Positions 1 to 11,897 of a stretch of DNA of 64,000 bases are shown here, piece by piece. The notes beneath the pieces were generated by a model. The model saw only the letters and a list, made by a program, of their open reading frames with translations. It was not told the DNA's origin and ran no database searches. The number at the start of each line of letters is the position of its first letter. Position 1 is the first letter of the stretch. Source of the DNA: Octopus bimaculoides (taxonomy: Eukaryota). Both the position numbers and the translations under genes were made by a program. Location: assembly GCF_001194135.2 (NCBI RefSeq), contig NC_068987.1, positions 19,541,656 through 19,605,655 on the forward strand, read 5' to 3'.

Positions 1-190
1 ATATATATATATATATATACATACCTACATATATACATACATACATATATACATATATATATACATACATATATATATATACATACATATATATATATAC
101 ATACATATATATATATATACATACATATATATATACATACATATATATATATATACATACATATATATATACATACATATATATATACAT
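1..190. repeat. (TA)n/(TACA)n compound microsatellite
   Basis: Directly visible. Similar (TA)n, (TG)n, (GA)n and (AAT)n tracts occur throughout, often bordering N gaps. Confidence 0.95.
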
Positions 191-1380
191 AACAAATTGC
201 TCAATGACTAAATTTCTTTTTTTTTTAAAACTTTTGCAGAAAAATCTGAACAAATTTTTGAAAAATTTTTCAAAAAAAAAATGAAGTTGAAGTGGGAGAT
301 CAGATAAAAATTCACCTAAGGCAGGAATATGCAAAGATACTCTCATCGAGAAAGGAAATATAAACAAAAAGTGAAACAAGAACAAAAAGGGGCCTTTACT
401 TTGTTATGTAATAATAAAATATATAGTGATTTCTTTTCAGCAGGTACAAAACCAACTTTTTCAGAGAAAATGGGGGTCTGATTGGTTCAAGTGATCCCGG
501 TGTATATTATTAACCCATGAAGGGGATGTCAGGCAAAGTGGATAATGGTGGAATTACAAGGAAAAAAAAGAAAATATCAGGAGGTATGTCAAGGCTTGTA
601 TGTGTGTATGCCTATGTGTACACTAAATTGTGTGTGTGTGTGTGTGTATTTGCGTGTGTGTCTGCTTATATGTTTATGTATACATGGGCATATATGCATG
701 TGCATTCATACATATACTTGTGTGTGTGTATGCATGTATGTATATATATATATATATATATATGTTCACATGTAAACTTGTGTGGGTTATGAGCAGATGT
801 GAATTCTGCATATCAATACATGTGGTTTTAAAGCATGTATGTGTGTGTACTTGTGTATTTTTAATTGTGGTGCTCCAGCTTAGTCGCAGCTGGAACTAAT
901 AAAATAGAAAGAGTATGTTTTTTTTTTTTCTGTTTGTATGTACATGCATATGTGTGAATGTGTATATGCATTCATGAATGATGTGAGTAGAAATATCCAA
1001 GAAGTCCACCAAAAATTTCATTGACAATACATGATTCACTGAACAGTTGCCTTTTGAATATTTTTTTTTGCTTTTTTGGAGGGTGGCAGTTCCTTTCATG
1101 CAATAAGGGCCACCTTATTGGGTTTTGTCAGGCAACTGTCCCCTAACATATGTCAAACTCAGTGAGTTTCTAATGGGGCAGAAACAGAATGAGAGAGAGA
1201 GAGAGAGAGGAACAACGTGCATGAGAATATATATATACATATATATACATATATATATGTATATATATATATATATGAAAGAAACAGAGAAACAAAATAA
1301 CACCATCAATAAGTACAGAGTGTTCCGGGTATTGAAGTCTTAGTAGGAGTAGTAGTAGTGAACCAGCGCCGATGATATTG

Positions 1381-1420
1381 TTAAGACCAGATGCAGCTTC
1401 CTGGAAGGACACTTTTAAGT
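1381..1420 (-). CDS. Candidate terminal coding exon of ATP8A: (R)LKSVLPGSCIWS-stop
   Basis: Acceptor ttttttgttcacgacag, preceded by about 140 nt of very T-rich sequence on the minus strand. It accepts the phase-2 donor at 10408, giving AG+A = Arg, then 12 codons and TAA. No homology support. Confidence 0.5.
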
Positions 1421-2035
1421 CTGTCGTGAACAAAAAAATATTAGAACAATGAAAAAAAAAAAATGAAAAAAAATAATGACTTATGGTAAAAAAAAAATTA
1501 AGAAAATATGATTTTAAAATCTGGAGAAAAAAAATGAAAAAAAAAAGAAAGAAAAAATGCTCAAGAAATCAATCAGTATGGAAAAATGGAAAGAAATTGG
1601 GATATGAATTCTGGGAATCTACAATAGAGATATAAATAAACAGCTGACAAACAAGTAGATATCTGAACCCACTTGTGGTACATTCGAGGAAAATAAACCA
1701 TTTATGAAGACTCTCTCTCTCTCCTACATATAACAACATACAAATATTGGAAAGATGAATCTCAGAGGAAATGAAGCTATTAATAATAGCCAGTAAATAT
1801 TGGGTTAAAAAACTGAAGGTGGAACATAGGATATGAAACCACATCTTCTGGAGACATGACAAGCATTCTACTATAGGACCAAAGAAACCCATTTTAGAAA
1901 CTTTGATCTCATCAGCAAGAATTGTCTTTAACCAATATTTACATACAATAATTAATAGCTTTATTTGCTTCGTGATTCACTATTCCAAAAAAGAATTATT
2001 TCATGCACTCTTAAAGCGTATAAATTCTTATGAAC

Positions 2036-2083
<48 letters not shown>

Positions 2084-4558
2084 TAATAAGATATTAAGTT
2101 AGAGTTGACAAAATGAATATGACTTGAAATCAGTTCATCATCATATATATCTATTGTTACATTAGAAAGACAAACCAGATGCGACAATCCGGTAGAGCCC
2201 AAAAAGGAGAATAGAAAGAAAGCGTTCATTTCATAATATCAAGTAGGTGTTCTTCTTTGTTTCTCTTTTAGATAAAGAGGGATTTTCCCTTGTGGTTATG
2301 AATATAGATATATACTGGGTGCTTTGTGAGAGTTAGATTTGGAACAATCAGTTGTAATGTATTCACAAGACAGAAGAATTTCATTTGATGTCATACTCCG
2401 TTGCTCACAACATATTAGAAGCATCATGCCCCCCCCCCCCAGATTTCTCCCTTGCTACAGGTTTCAGCTTGTTGCTTACTGAACAACCACCTGATATCAA
2501 ATCCATGAGCTGTTTTGACCAGATTCCAAGAATTCCTACTAGTTTACAAGGAAAAGCATTGGTCAGATTTTTACTGACATCAGTCAAACAATTTGAAAAA
2601 TCCTGTTTTGTTGTTTACTAAATTCTTCTAATTGAAAAAAGAATCCAGGTTCAATTTGAGATAGAGATCTGCTACATATATACAATATATATTATACATA
2701 TTCTGATATAAAAAAAAATCAAAACCATTCCTTATACTTTATTTTATTGGATGTTTTCTGGCTTTCACATAACTTTACATGATAATTTCATATGCTGAAG
2801 AAGTGGTTATATATCATAAAAACTCCAGAGTAAGGGGGTCACTGGACGAGCTTAAATATAAATGTACACACACCATATTCAAACTGGAGAAATGGATAGT
2901 CTGTAAAAAATTCTTTTTCACAGTATTTGAAATTTTAGGTTTTACACAGCAAATATTCTGAGTTTCACATAAAAGCCACCCTATGCGAATTAAAAGATTT
3001 GATGCATCTTGGACGACTTACTGCTAGGCGATGATTTGGTGGTGATGATAATGATGGTGGTAGTGATGATGTTGGTGGCAGAACATTCCTTTAGTTACAA
3101 CCAGCTATTATTTTTTATTTTACTACAAACACAGTTGCTGTTGTTTAGTTCCCAAAGTATTACATTTTTGTTTGTTTGTATGACAACAACGATGTCTAAT
3201 GTGTCCTACTTTTAAGATGGTGGGGAGTGAAATGAGGGAATTTGGATGCTATTTCTAGCAGGCCATCTTGACCTGCTAAAAATAGAAGCTCCCTTGTTAA
3301 CAGTGTGCGTGTGTGTGTGCGTGAGTGTATATGATCAGGTACTTCAATACAAACATCGCTTGGATAAATCTGGAGAATATGTAAAATAATTATAGAAAAA
3401 GAACTTTGTAATTTTGTTTCAATGTTTAATGTCCCACTTCAGGTATAGCTTAATGATAATAATCCTTTCAACTATAGGCACAAGGCCTGTAATTTTAGAG
3501 GAAGGACTAGTCGATTTAGTTTTTGGTATAAAAGATGAGTTTTATATAGCTATAATTTCAATGTAACAACACTAAACTGTAACTCAGAGAATTTACAATT
3601 AGTAACCCTAACAAAATAAATCAACAATGTTATTTATAATTCATGATTTTCTGGGGTTCAAGAAAGAAAAAAAAAAATTTAGACCATTTCTACCTCTTTC
3701 TGGCATGATATGCAGTCTGATTTTGAATACAGTTAGACATCTATAAAGAATACCCGGCAAGATATTATAGATGTTTTCACCTTGGAGAAATTCTACCAAA
3801 CTCACTGCAGTAATTAGAAAAAAGTATTTGTTACATATTTGTCACGTCTCTATAACTATAGAATTTATAAAAGATCTGGTGTTAACACACACACACACAG
3901 AGCACATTTGAATGTATATCATAAAAGATTTGTATATATTAAATTACTCATTCTGTATTTCGTTCTTTGTTAACATACAAACACTTATACATGACAGAAA
4001 CATATTTATCAGTAATGCTAAATTATTTTGAAGATATATAAAAAATAGCTATTTAGTATTTTCCCCCAACACCAAGTAATATATATAGAAACTTTTACGC
4101 AACATTCCATGGCCATTTCATTATTATTACTATTATCACCAATGATAATAGTAATAACAAACATGTGACCTTAAATACCTACTAGCAAAAAATATTTTTT
4201 TTATTCAAATACTTTTTCACACGATGAATGAGAAAATGAATGAGTGATGATGCGATAAGTTTTATATTAAAAAAGAGACTTTTTTCTTTCAGTTCTTTTC
4301 AGAGAATGATACCACTGAGTTTATTAATCTTTTGTTTTTTCTATTTCTGACTTTTAATAATTAAAAATAGAAAATATAAACACTGGCAGAAAAAAATGGG
4401 TGTATGAATGTATAAAAATTTCTTGAAATATTTAGGAAAGGAGGAAAAAAAAAAAAATTTTATATTCAAAATCCATTTCCAAAAGAAGACAATTTCAGAT
4501 AGGCTCACTCAACCATCCTAGCTGTCATTCAAGAAAATATATAGAATATATATATATG

Positions 4559-4604
<46 letters not shown>

Positions 4605-5224
4605 GACTCTGAAAATAAATTTTTTTCCATATATTTTGCTGTTTTGAAAGTCTATAGAAAAAATTTCCACAGGAAGATTTAGAAATATGAGAACAACCTA
4701 GATTTTGAACATACCTGGAAAAAGAGATGTTTATGATTGAAAGAGATATGAAATGGATAGGAACTATTTCATTTTCTTTTTCATATCCTACACCAGACAC
4801 AAGTAATTTGTTTGGAAGTAAAATACACTTCTATTCATTTTTCTCTTGTAAGATCTAAGTACAAACTCTCTTGCCAACAGGCTAAAAATACTAAAAATAC
4901 TATATTGAATGGACAAACAGAAAAATACAACTGAATTCACATACACATATATGTATGCAATAATGACAATGAATGATGATGATAATAATAATAATAATGA
5001 TGATGATGATTCTGTTTAATTTTGGCACAAAGCCAGCAATTTTGAGGGGAGGGAGATGTCAATCACATTGACCCCAGTGCTCAACTGGTACTTATTTTAT
5101 CAACACTGAAAGGATGAAAGGCAAAGTTGACCTTGGTGACATTTAAAAATCATAATGTAAAGGCAGAAGAATTGCCATTAAGCATTTTGTCTTGCAGGCT
5201 AACAATTCTGCCAACTTGCCGCCT

Positions 5225-5264
<40 letters not shown>

Positions 5265-5274
5265 NNNNNNNNNN

Positions 5275-5317
<43 letters not shown>

Positions 5318-5608
5318 TGTGTATATACTTATGTTACAGATGAGTGACCATACAGACATACGTAAAGAGGGAGAGATGAGTGGAGATATATTATATATGC
5401 ATATAATATACATATAGGAGTGTGCATACATACACACACGAGTACACATAGACCTAGAAAAACAAGTTGATTAGAACAGAGCTGAAGTGTGTGTAGCAAG
5501 GGAGTTGACTAGTGGAGGAGAGGAAAAACTGAGGAACTGTGAGATATCCAAGGGTGGGTGGCAAGGATTTGGCAAGTGATATACTGCTGCCGTGTCACAA
5601 GAACTTAC

Positions 5609-5648
5609 CATTAGTAGCAGAACTCCACCATCACAAAAGTTCACACCT
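5609..5648 (-). CDS. Candidate cassette exon: (R)GVNFCDGGVLLLM
   Basis: tttttag acceptor and a perfect ATG|GTAAGT donor. 40 nt, open only in the frame set by the 10408 donor. No homology and no partner exon found. Confidence 0.2.
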
Positions 5649-5702
5649 CTAAAAAATATTTTTATATATGTATCATACAAAACACACACATACTTTATAT
5701 AG

Positions 5703-5746
<44 letters not shown>

Positions 5747-6734
5747 NNNNNNNNNNNNNNNNNNNNNNNNNNNNNNNNNNNNNNNNNNNNNNNNNNNNNN
5801 NNNNNNNNNNNNNNNNNNNNNNNNNNNNNNNNNNNNNNNNNNNNNNNNNNNNNNNNNNNNNNNNNNNNNNNNNNNNNNNNNNNNNNNNNNNNNNNNNNNN
5901 NNNNNNNNNNNNNNNNNNNNNNNNNNNNNNNNNNNNNNNNNNNNNNNNNNNNNNNNNNNNNNNNNNNNNNNNNNNNNNNNNNNNNNNNNNNNNNNNNNNN
6001 NNNNNNNNNNNNNNNNNNNNNNNNNNNNNNNNNNNNNNNNNNNNNNNNNNNNNNNNNNNNNNNNNNNNNNNNNNNNNNNNNNNNNNNNNNNNNNNNNNNN
6101 NNNNNNNNNNNNNNNNNNNNNNNNNNNNNNNNNNNNNNNNNNNNNNNNNNNNNNNNNNNNNNNNNNNNNNNNNNNNNNNNNNNNNNNNNNNNNNNNNNNN
6201 NNNNNNNNNNNNNNNNNNNNNNNNNNNNNNNNNNNNNNNNNNNNNNNNNNNNNNNNNNNNNNNNNNNNNNNNNNNNNNNNNNNNNNNNNNNNNNNNNNNN
6301 NNNNNNNNNNNNNNNNNNNNNNNNNNNNNNNNNNNNNNNNNNNNNNNNNNNNNNNNNNNNNNNNNNNNNNNNNNNNNNNNNNNNNNNNNNNNNNNNNNNN
6401 NNNNNNNNNNNNNNNNNNNNNNNNNNNNNNNNNNNNNNNNNNNNNNNNNNNNNNNNNNNNNNNNNNNNNNNNNNNNNNNNNNNNNNNNNNNNNNNNNNNN
6501 NNNNNTAAGGACTGCAAACAAGAAAGTGCCACCAAATCAAAATCATAAGAGAAACAAAGAAATCCACTGAGTACAGTGATGTAGCTTTTATCTTCTTGTT
6601 CTCCTCCTCCTCCTTTCAAACAATTAACCTTCCCATCTTAATGTTTGCAATTATAAGATAAAAAAAAACAAAAAAAAAAAACAAAGCTATATTATTTCAA
6701 TATTACTTATATGTTTAAAAGCAAGAACAGTAAT

Positions 6735-6987
6735 GATGATAATAATAATAATAATAATCCTTTCTACTATAGGCAAGAGGCCTGAAATTGGGGTTGGGGG
6801 AGGGGGGATAGTTGATTATATCGATCTCAGTATTTAACTGATTTAACTGGTACATTTTTCACCATCCCTGAAAGGATGAAAGGCAAAGTCAACCTCGGTG
6901 GAATTTGAACTCAGAATGTGAGGACAGATGAAATGCCGCTAAGCATTTTGCTCAGTGTGCTAATGATTCTGCCAGCTCACTGCCTTC

Positions 6988-7019
<32 letters not shown>

Positions 7020-9440
7020 CTTGCTTAAAAAATAGATTCTTTGCTCATTTAATTCGCAGAAAGCATTGAGACATATCAATGATTTTCTGGGTCTTTTCTC
7101 AGCAGTATTACTGATAGGGTGTAAAGCAATGTGGAACGGAGTGGTTGACACCAGGAACCAAATCAAACCTGGTCACAAGAAGCCTATCTTAGCCCTACAT
7201 TGCTCACCAATAAAAATATAGTTTCATATACTGGCACAAGTAATTTTAGGGGTAGGGTGATGGTTGCTTATATTGAATCCAGTTCCAGACTGGCACTTAT
7301 TTTATTGGGTATTTCGTCTGTCTTTACGTTCTGAGTTCAAATTCCGCTGAGGTCGACTTTGCCTTTTATCCTTTAGGGATCGATAAATTAAGTACCAGTT
7401 TCATGCTGGGGTTGATCTAATCGACTGGCCCCTTCCCCTAAAATTTCGGGCCTTGCGCCTAGAGTAGAAAAGGTACTTATTTTATTGAATCACAGAGGGA
7501 TGAAAGGCAAGCTTGACCCCAGAATTATTTGAACTCAGAACAAAGAATTGGAAGAAATGCTGCCAAATCACAGACTCATAAAAATAATATTTCTTTCTTA
7601 TTTTGGCACAAGGCCAGCAAGTTTAAGGGGAAAGAGTAAGTTGATTATATTGATTCCAGTATTTGGTTGTTATTATATCTTATCAAGCCTGAAAAGTTGT
7701 AAAGCAAAGTAGACCTTGGCAGGATTTGAACTCAGAAAATTGAGTCAGAAGAAATACTGCTAAGCATTTTCTCAGATACTCTAACAATTCTGCCAATTTG
7801 CAGCCTTAACAACAAGAATGGTTTCTGATTCAGATAAAAGGCCACTAAATTTTGACAGGAGGTAGATAGTAGGTATCATTAAGTCCAATACTTGACTGGC
7901 ACATTATTTTATCAACCCCAAAAGAATGACAGATAAAGTCGACCCAGGGAACTGAACTCAGAACATAAAGAGTTGGAAAAAATACTGCAATGCATTTATA
8001 CTGATGCTCTAATGATTCTGTCAGCTTGTGAGCCTAATAAATAATAAAAATAATAGAGGATTAGTTGTTTACATCAACCCCCACCCAATAACTTGACTGG
8101 TACTTTTTTATTAACCGCGCAAAAGACGAAAAATAAAATTGGTCTCAGTAAGATTTGAATTAAAAATGTACAGCGGGTGTAAATACTGTAAGGCACTTTT
8201 TCTGATGCTGTAATTATTTATCAATTACACTCTTCTCATAATAATAATTGCTTCATAGAAAGATGATAAGAGAGAGAATGGCTGATGACATTCAACATCA
8301 CCATTATCTAACGTCCGTCTTCCATGCTGGCATGGGTCGGACGGTTTGACTGAGGTCTGGAACGCCAGCAGCTGCACCAGGCTCCAATTTGATCTGACAA
8401 TGTTTCTACAGCTGGATGCCCTTCCTAACGCCAACCACTCCAAGAGTGTAGTGGGTGCTTTTTACATGCCACCGGCACAGGAGCATTGCAGTATTTTTTC
8501 CCTGGCATTGATCACATTCAAATAGTGCCTTTTATGTGCCACCAGCACGGGAGCCAGTCAGCCATGTTCGGATGGTGCTTTTTATGTGCCACCGGCATGG
8601 GAGCCAGTCAAGCAGCCCTGAGGACTGATATTTAATTATTTTCATTGAAGTAAAGATGATCATAGTAGGATCTAAAGATGTCAGAGTATAAAAGGCCATA
8701 GCTATACACCACAAGATACTTTGGCAGTGCTACATCAAATCTGCCACTCAATGATAATAATCACAACAATCATAAAAGTAATAATCCTTTCTACTATAGG
8801 CACAAGGCCTAAAATTTTTGGGGAGGGGGCTAGTTGAGATTGATCCCAGTACGCAACTGGTACTTAATTTGTCGACCCTGGCAGAGTTTGAACTTAGAAT
8901 GTAAAGATGGATGAAATGCTAAGCATTTTGTCTGGCGTGCTAATGATTCAGCCAGCTTGCCGCCTTACCTCGAAATTATAATAATAAACCTTTCTACTAT
9001 AAGCACAAGGCCTGAAATTTGGAGGAGGGGATAGTTGATTACATCAATGCCAGAGTTCCACTGGTACTTATTTTATCGACTCCAAAAAGATGAAAGGCAA
9101 AGTTGATCTTGGCGGAATTTTAACTCAGAATGTAAAAAATGAATGAAATTCTGCTAAGCATTTCGCCCTGCGCGATAATGATTCTACCAGTTTGTCATCT
9201 TAATAATAATAACAATAATAGTTTCTAATTTTGGCACAAGGCCAGCAACTTTAGTTAGATGGGGTGAGTTGATTACATTAATCTCAGTACTTAGTACTTG
9301 ACTGGTTCTTTATTTTATTGACTCACATCAGTGCGATATGGACACAGAATCTAAAAATTAAGAAGAGATGCTGCTAAGTGTTTTGTCTGGCATATTTGCG
9401 ATTCTGCCGGCATGTTGCCCTTATAATAATAATAATAATA
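6735..9440 (-). mobile_element. Dense array of about 9-10 family-1 SINE copies separated by (AAT)n, plus one family-3 SINE (about 8300-8620)
   Basis: The core GAAAGGATGAAAGGCAAAGT..GAATTTGAACTCAGAA recurs at about 6870, 7500, 7700, 7920, 8130, 8880, 9085 and 9320. One copy is inverted (about 7310-7470). Confidence 0.85.
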
Positions 9441-9536
9441 ATAAATGTATTAGTGCACATAAGCTTTAATAATAAACTGATTAAACTGAAAAGAAGACAT
9501 GAAGATCAATACAAAAGGTGATTAATCTGGATGGTT

Positions 9537-9617
<81 letters not shown>

Positions 9618-9637
9618 GCTTTCGGTGTGAATGGCTT

Positions 9638-9673
<36 letters not shown>

Positions 9674-9972
9674 TATATATATTTACACACATATATTTTA
9701 CACTCTTTTACTTGTTTCAGTCATTGGAGTGTGGCCATGCTGGAACACTGCCTTGATATATATATATATATAAATATAAAATATTAAATAGAAGCAAACA
9801 TCTATTACATATCTAGTTAGTAGAGTCAAAATACTCCAAATAGCAAACAATCAAACTGCATGTTTAAATATCACAAACGTATATGTATACATATATGCAT
9901 ATATGTAAATCCTCACATGCACACATCAATATATGTAGACACATATGCATATATATACCAATACACACACAC

Positions 9973-10052
<80 letters not shown>

Positions 10053-10407
10053 NNNNNNNNNNTATATATACATACATATATATATATATATATACATACA
10101 TATATATATATATATATAAACACACACACATGCATGCACACATACACACACACACACAGTACACACATATAATGCATATATATACATATAAAAATTACCT
10201 AACAGTGTTAACTTCTAATTATCAACAATTAGCAAATTAGTGGTTATAAATGTATATATGTATAGTTAAGCACACCCCAGAGATGCATGCTTTTATCAAG
10301 TAGAACAACCTATCAAGGCATTTCATAGAAAACATTAACAAACTCCATCGAAAGTTATCAGAAAAATACCCTGACTGAAACCTTGGTCCTGGAAACAAAG
10401 TTCTTAC

Positions 10408-10509
10408 CTTCTCTTCGTCGATTTTAATACCACTCCAGAAGGATCTTCATTTGCTAGTTCTTTTTCTTGGACTTCTTCGCGGAGTGTTTTTAGTAAAGTA
10501 CGTCGGATA
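10408..10509 (-). CDS. ATP8A1: ATP8A exon: (V)IRRTLLKTLREEVQEKELANEDPSGVVLKSTKR(R), cytoplasmic tail
   Basis: 102 nt, ctag acceptor and GTAAGA donor. Similar to IKRTAFKTLVDEVQELEAKSQDPGAVVL. Ends phase 2. Confidence 0.93.
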
Positions 10510-10781
10510 CTAGTGTATAAAGAGATGGAGAAGAGATTAAAACATGTATATGTTGTCATTTTTCTGTTTACATAAAAGAACAATAGTATATCCTCATGTA
10601 ATTTCAATGTCTACAGCTGAGGCTTTCAAACAAATAACTGTAAATTTAGCTACATTATACATATTTCAGGTATTCTGAATTATGCTGTGTTTATATATAT
10701 ATATATATACCAGAGTAAGCACATGAAATGTGCAACAAGGTGGAAAAAAGAGTACTCAAATACCAGAGGTAGAGTAATATG

Positions 10782-10922
10782 CTTTATTTAAAAGCAGCAG
10801 AAATATAACAAAAAAAACGTTACTCTGAGTTTCACGTTCCCGTTCATCGGACAGCGATGAACGGGAACGTGAAACTCAGAGTAACGGTTTTTTTGTTATA
10901 TTTCTGCTGCTTTTAAATAAAG
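10782..10922. repeat. Near-perfect palindrome (68-bp arms, 5-nt spacer) carrying a hammerhead-like motif
   Basis: Arms 10782-10849 and 10855-10922 with one mismatch. It abuts an N gap. Confidence 0.9.
10817..10854 (-). ncRNA. Minimal type I hammerhead-ribozyme-like motif (U4C core variant)
   Basis: The minus strand reads CUGU-CCGAUGA-ACG-GGAA-CGU-GAA-ACUC-A-GAGU-A-ACG: stem II ACG/CGU, palindromic stem III, GUA triplet, and a partial stem I. Confidence 0.55.
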
Positions 10923-11572
10923 NNNNNNNNNNNNNNNNNNNNNNNNNNNNNNNNNNNNNNNNNNNNNNNNNNNNNNNNNNNNNNNNNNNNNNNNNNNNNN
11001 NNNNNNNNNNNNNNNNNNNNNNNNNNNNNNNNNNNNNNNNNNNNNNNNNNNNNNNNNNNNNNNNNNNNNNNNNNNNNNNNNNNNNNNNNNNNNATATATA
11101 TATATATATAATATTAGAGATAAAATCCAAAATTACAGGTAAAAACTCAATTAAAATCAATTTATTAAAAATTAAAATTAAATTAAGTTTCACAGTATAA
11201 AATTATATATATATATATATTTATATACATGAGTGAACGAGTAAAAGAAAGTAGCATACAACATATTTGTCTGTTTACATGTATTCAATAACAGTTTGAC
11301 TCAGCTCCACATGACAAAGTTTTGTGGGAATGTAGGACAAGTCCATATCATCTGATGTTTGGAGTTGGAGGCAGAATGTTGGATTGTCTTTCCATTACCA
11401 GTTGTTCATTAGCTGTCTGTAGGTGGTGCTCAATAGTGTTTGGAGCACTAATATCAGTAAGTAAACAAACAAAAGAAAGAAGCACTCAGTACATATGGTT
11501 GGAGCTACATCTATGTACACACACAATGCAGTTCGGTGCTGACTGGAAGAAGTACTCAATATGAATGTAGAG

Positions 11573-11897
11573 CAGTGGTTATCAAGCATTTTTTTTACCT
11601 AAGGACCTCTTTCATTACTATTTTATTCTGGTGGACCGCCATAGCTACTTGATGTTTAAAAACTAGTTTCATAGATAAATTCTTTCAAAATTTCTGTTTT
11701 GATTTTTAGACATTAACATGTGTAGGTTGTACTATGTAAAACATTAGAGAAAGATACCTCACAGTTTCCTGCAATAAATACATCCAAAGCAAAGTTTTTT
11801 CACAGACCCTTGATATACTACTGTGTATACCCAATTTACTACTTTGCTCGTGTGAACCCCAGTTGAGAATCATATGAACCCCAGTTGAGAATCACTA
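11573..11897. mobile_element. hAT (Charlie-type) MITE
   Basis: Termini CAGTGGTTATCAA and TTGAGAATCACTA form an imperfect TIR. Perfect 8-bp TSD ATGTAGAG at 11565-11572 and 11898-11905. There is a short internal tandem duplication of TGAACCCCAGTTGAGAATCA near the right end. Confidence 0.85.

Noticed and set aside
431-520. Plus-strand acceptor-like TTCTTTTCAG suggesting a convergent gene
   Set aside because: All frames close quickly, with no homology and no donor.
4714-4788. Minus-strand AG...GTATGT exon-like segment
   Set aside because: It has an immediate stop in the frame required by the 10408 donor and no ATP8A similarity.
5471-6619. Long ORFs in the track (e.g. 382, 300, 290, 235-244 and 221 aa)
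   Set aside because: They are made of X from N gaps plus IY/CV/N/Y runs from microsatellites, and are not genes.
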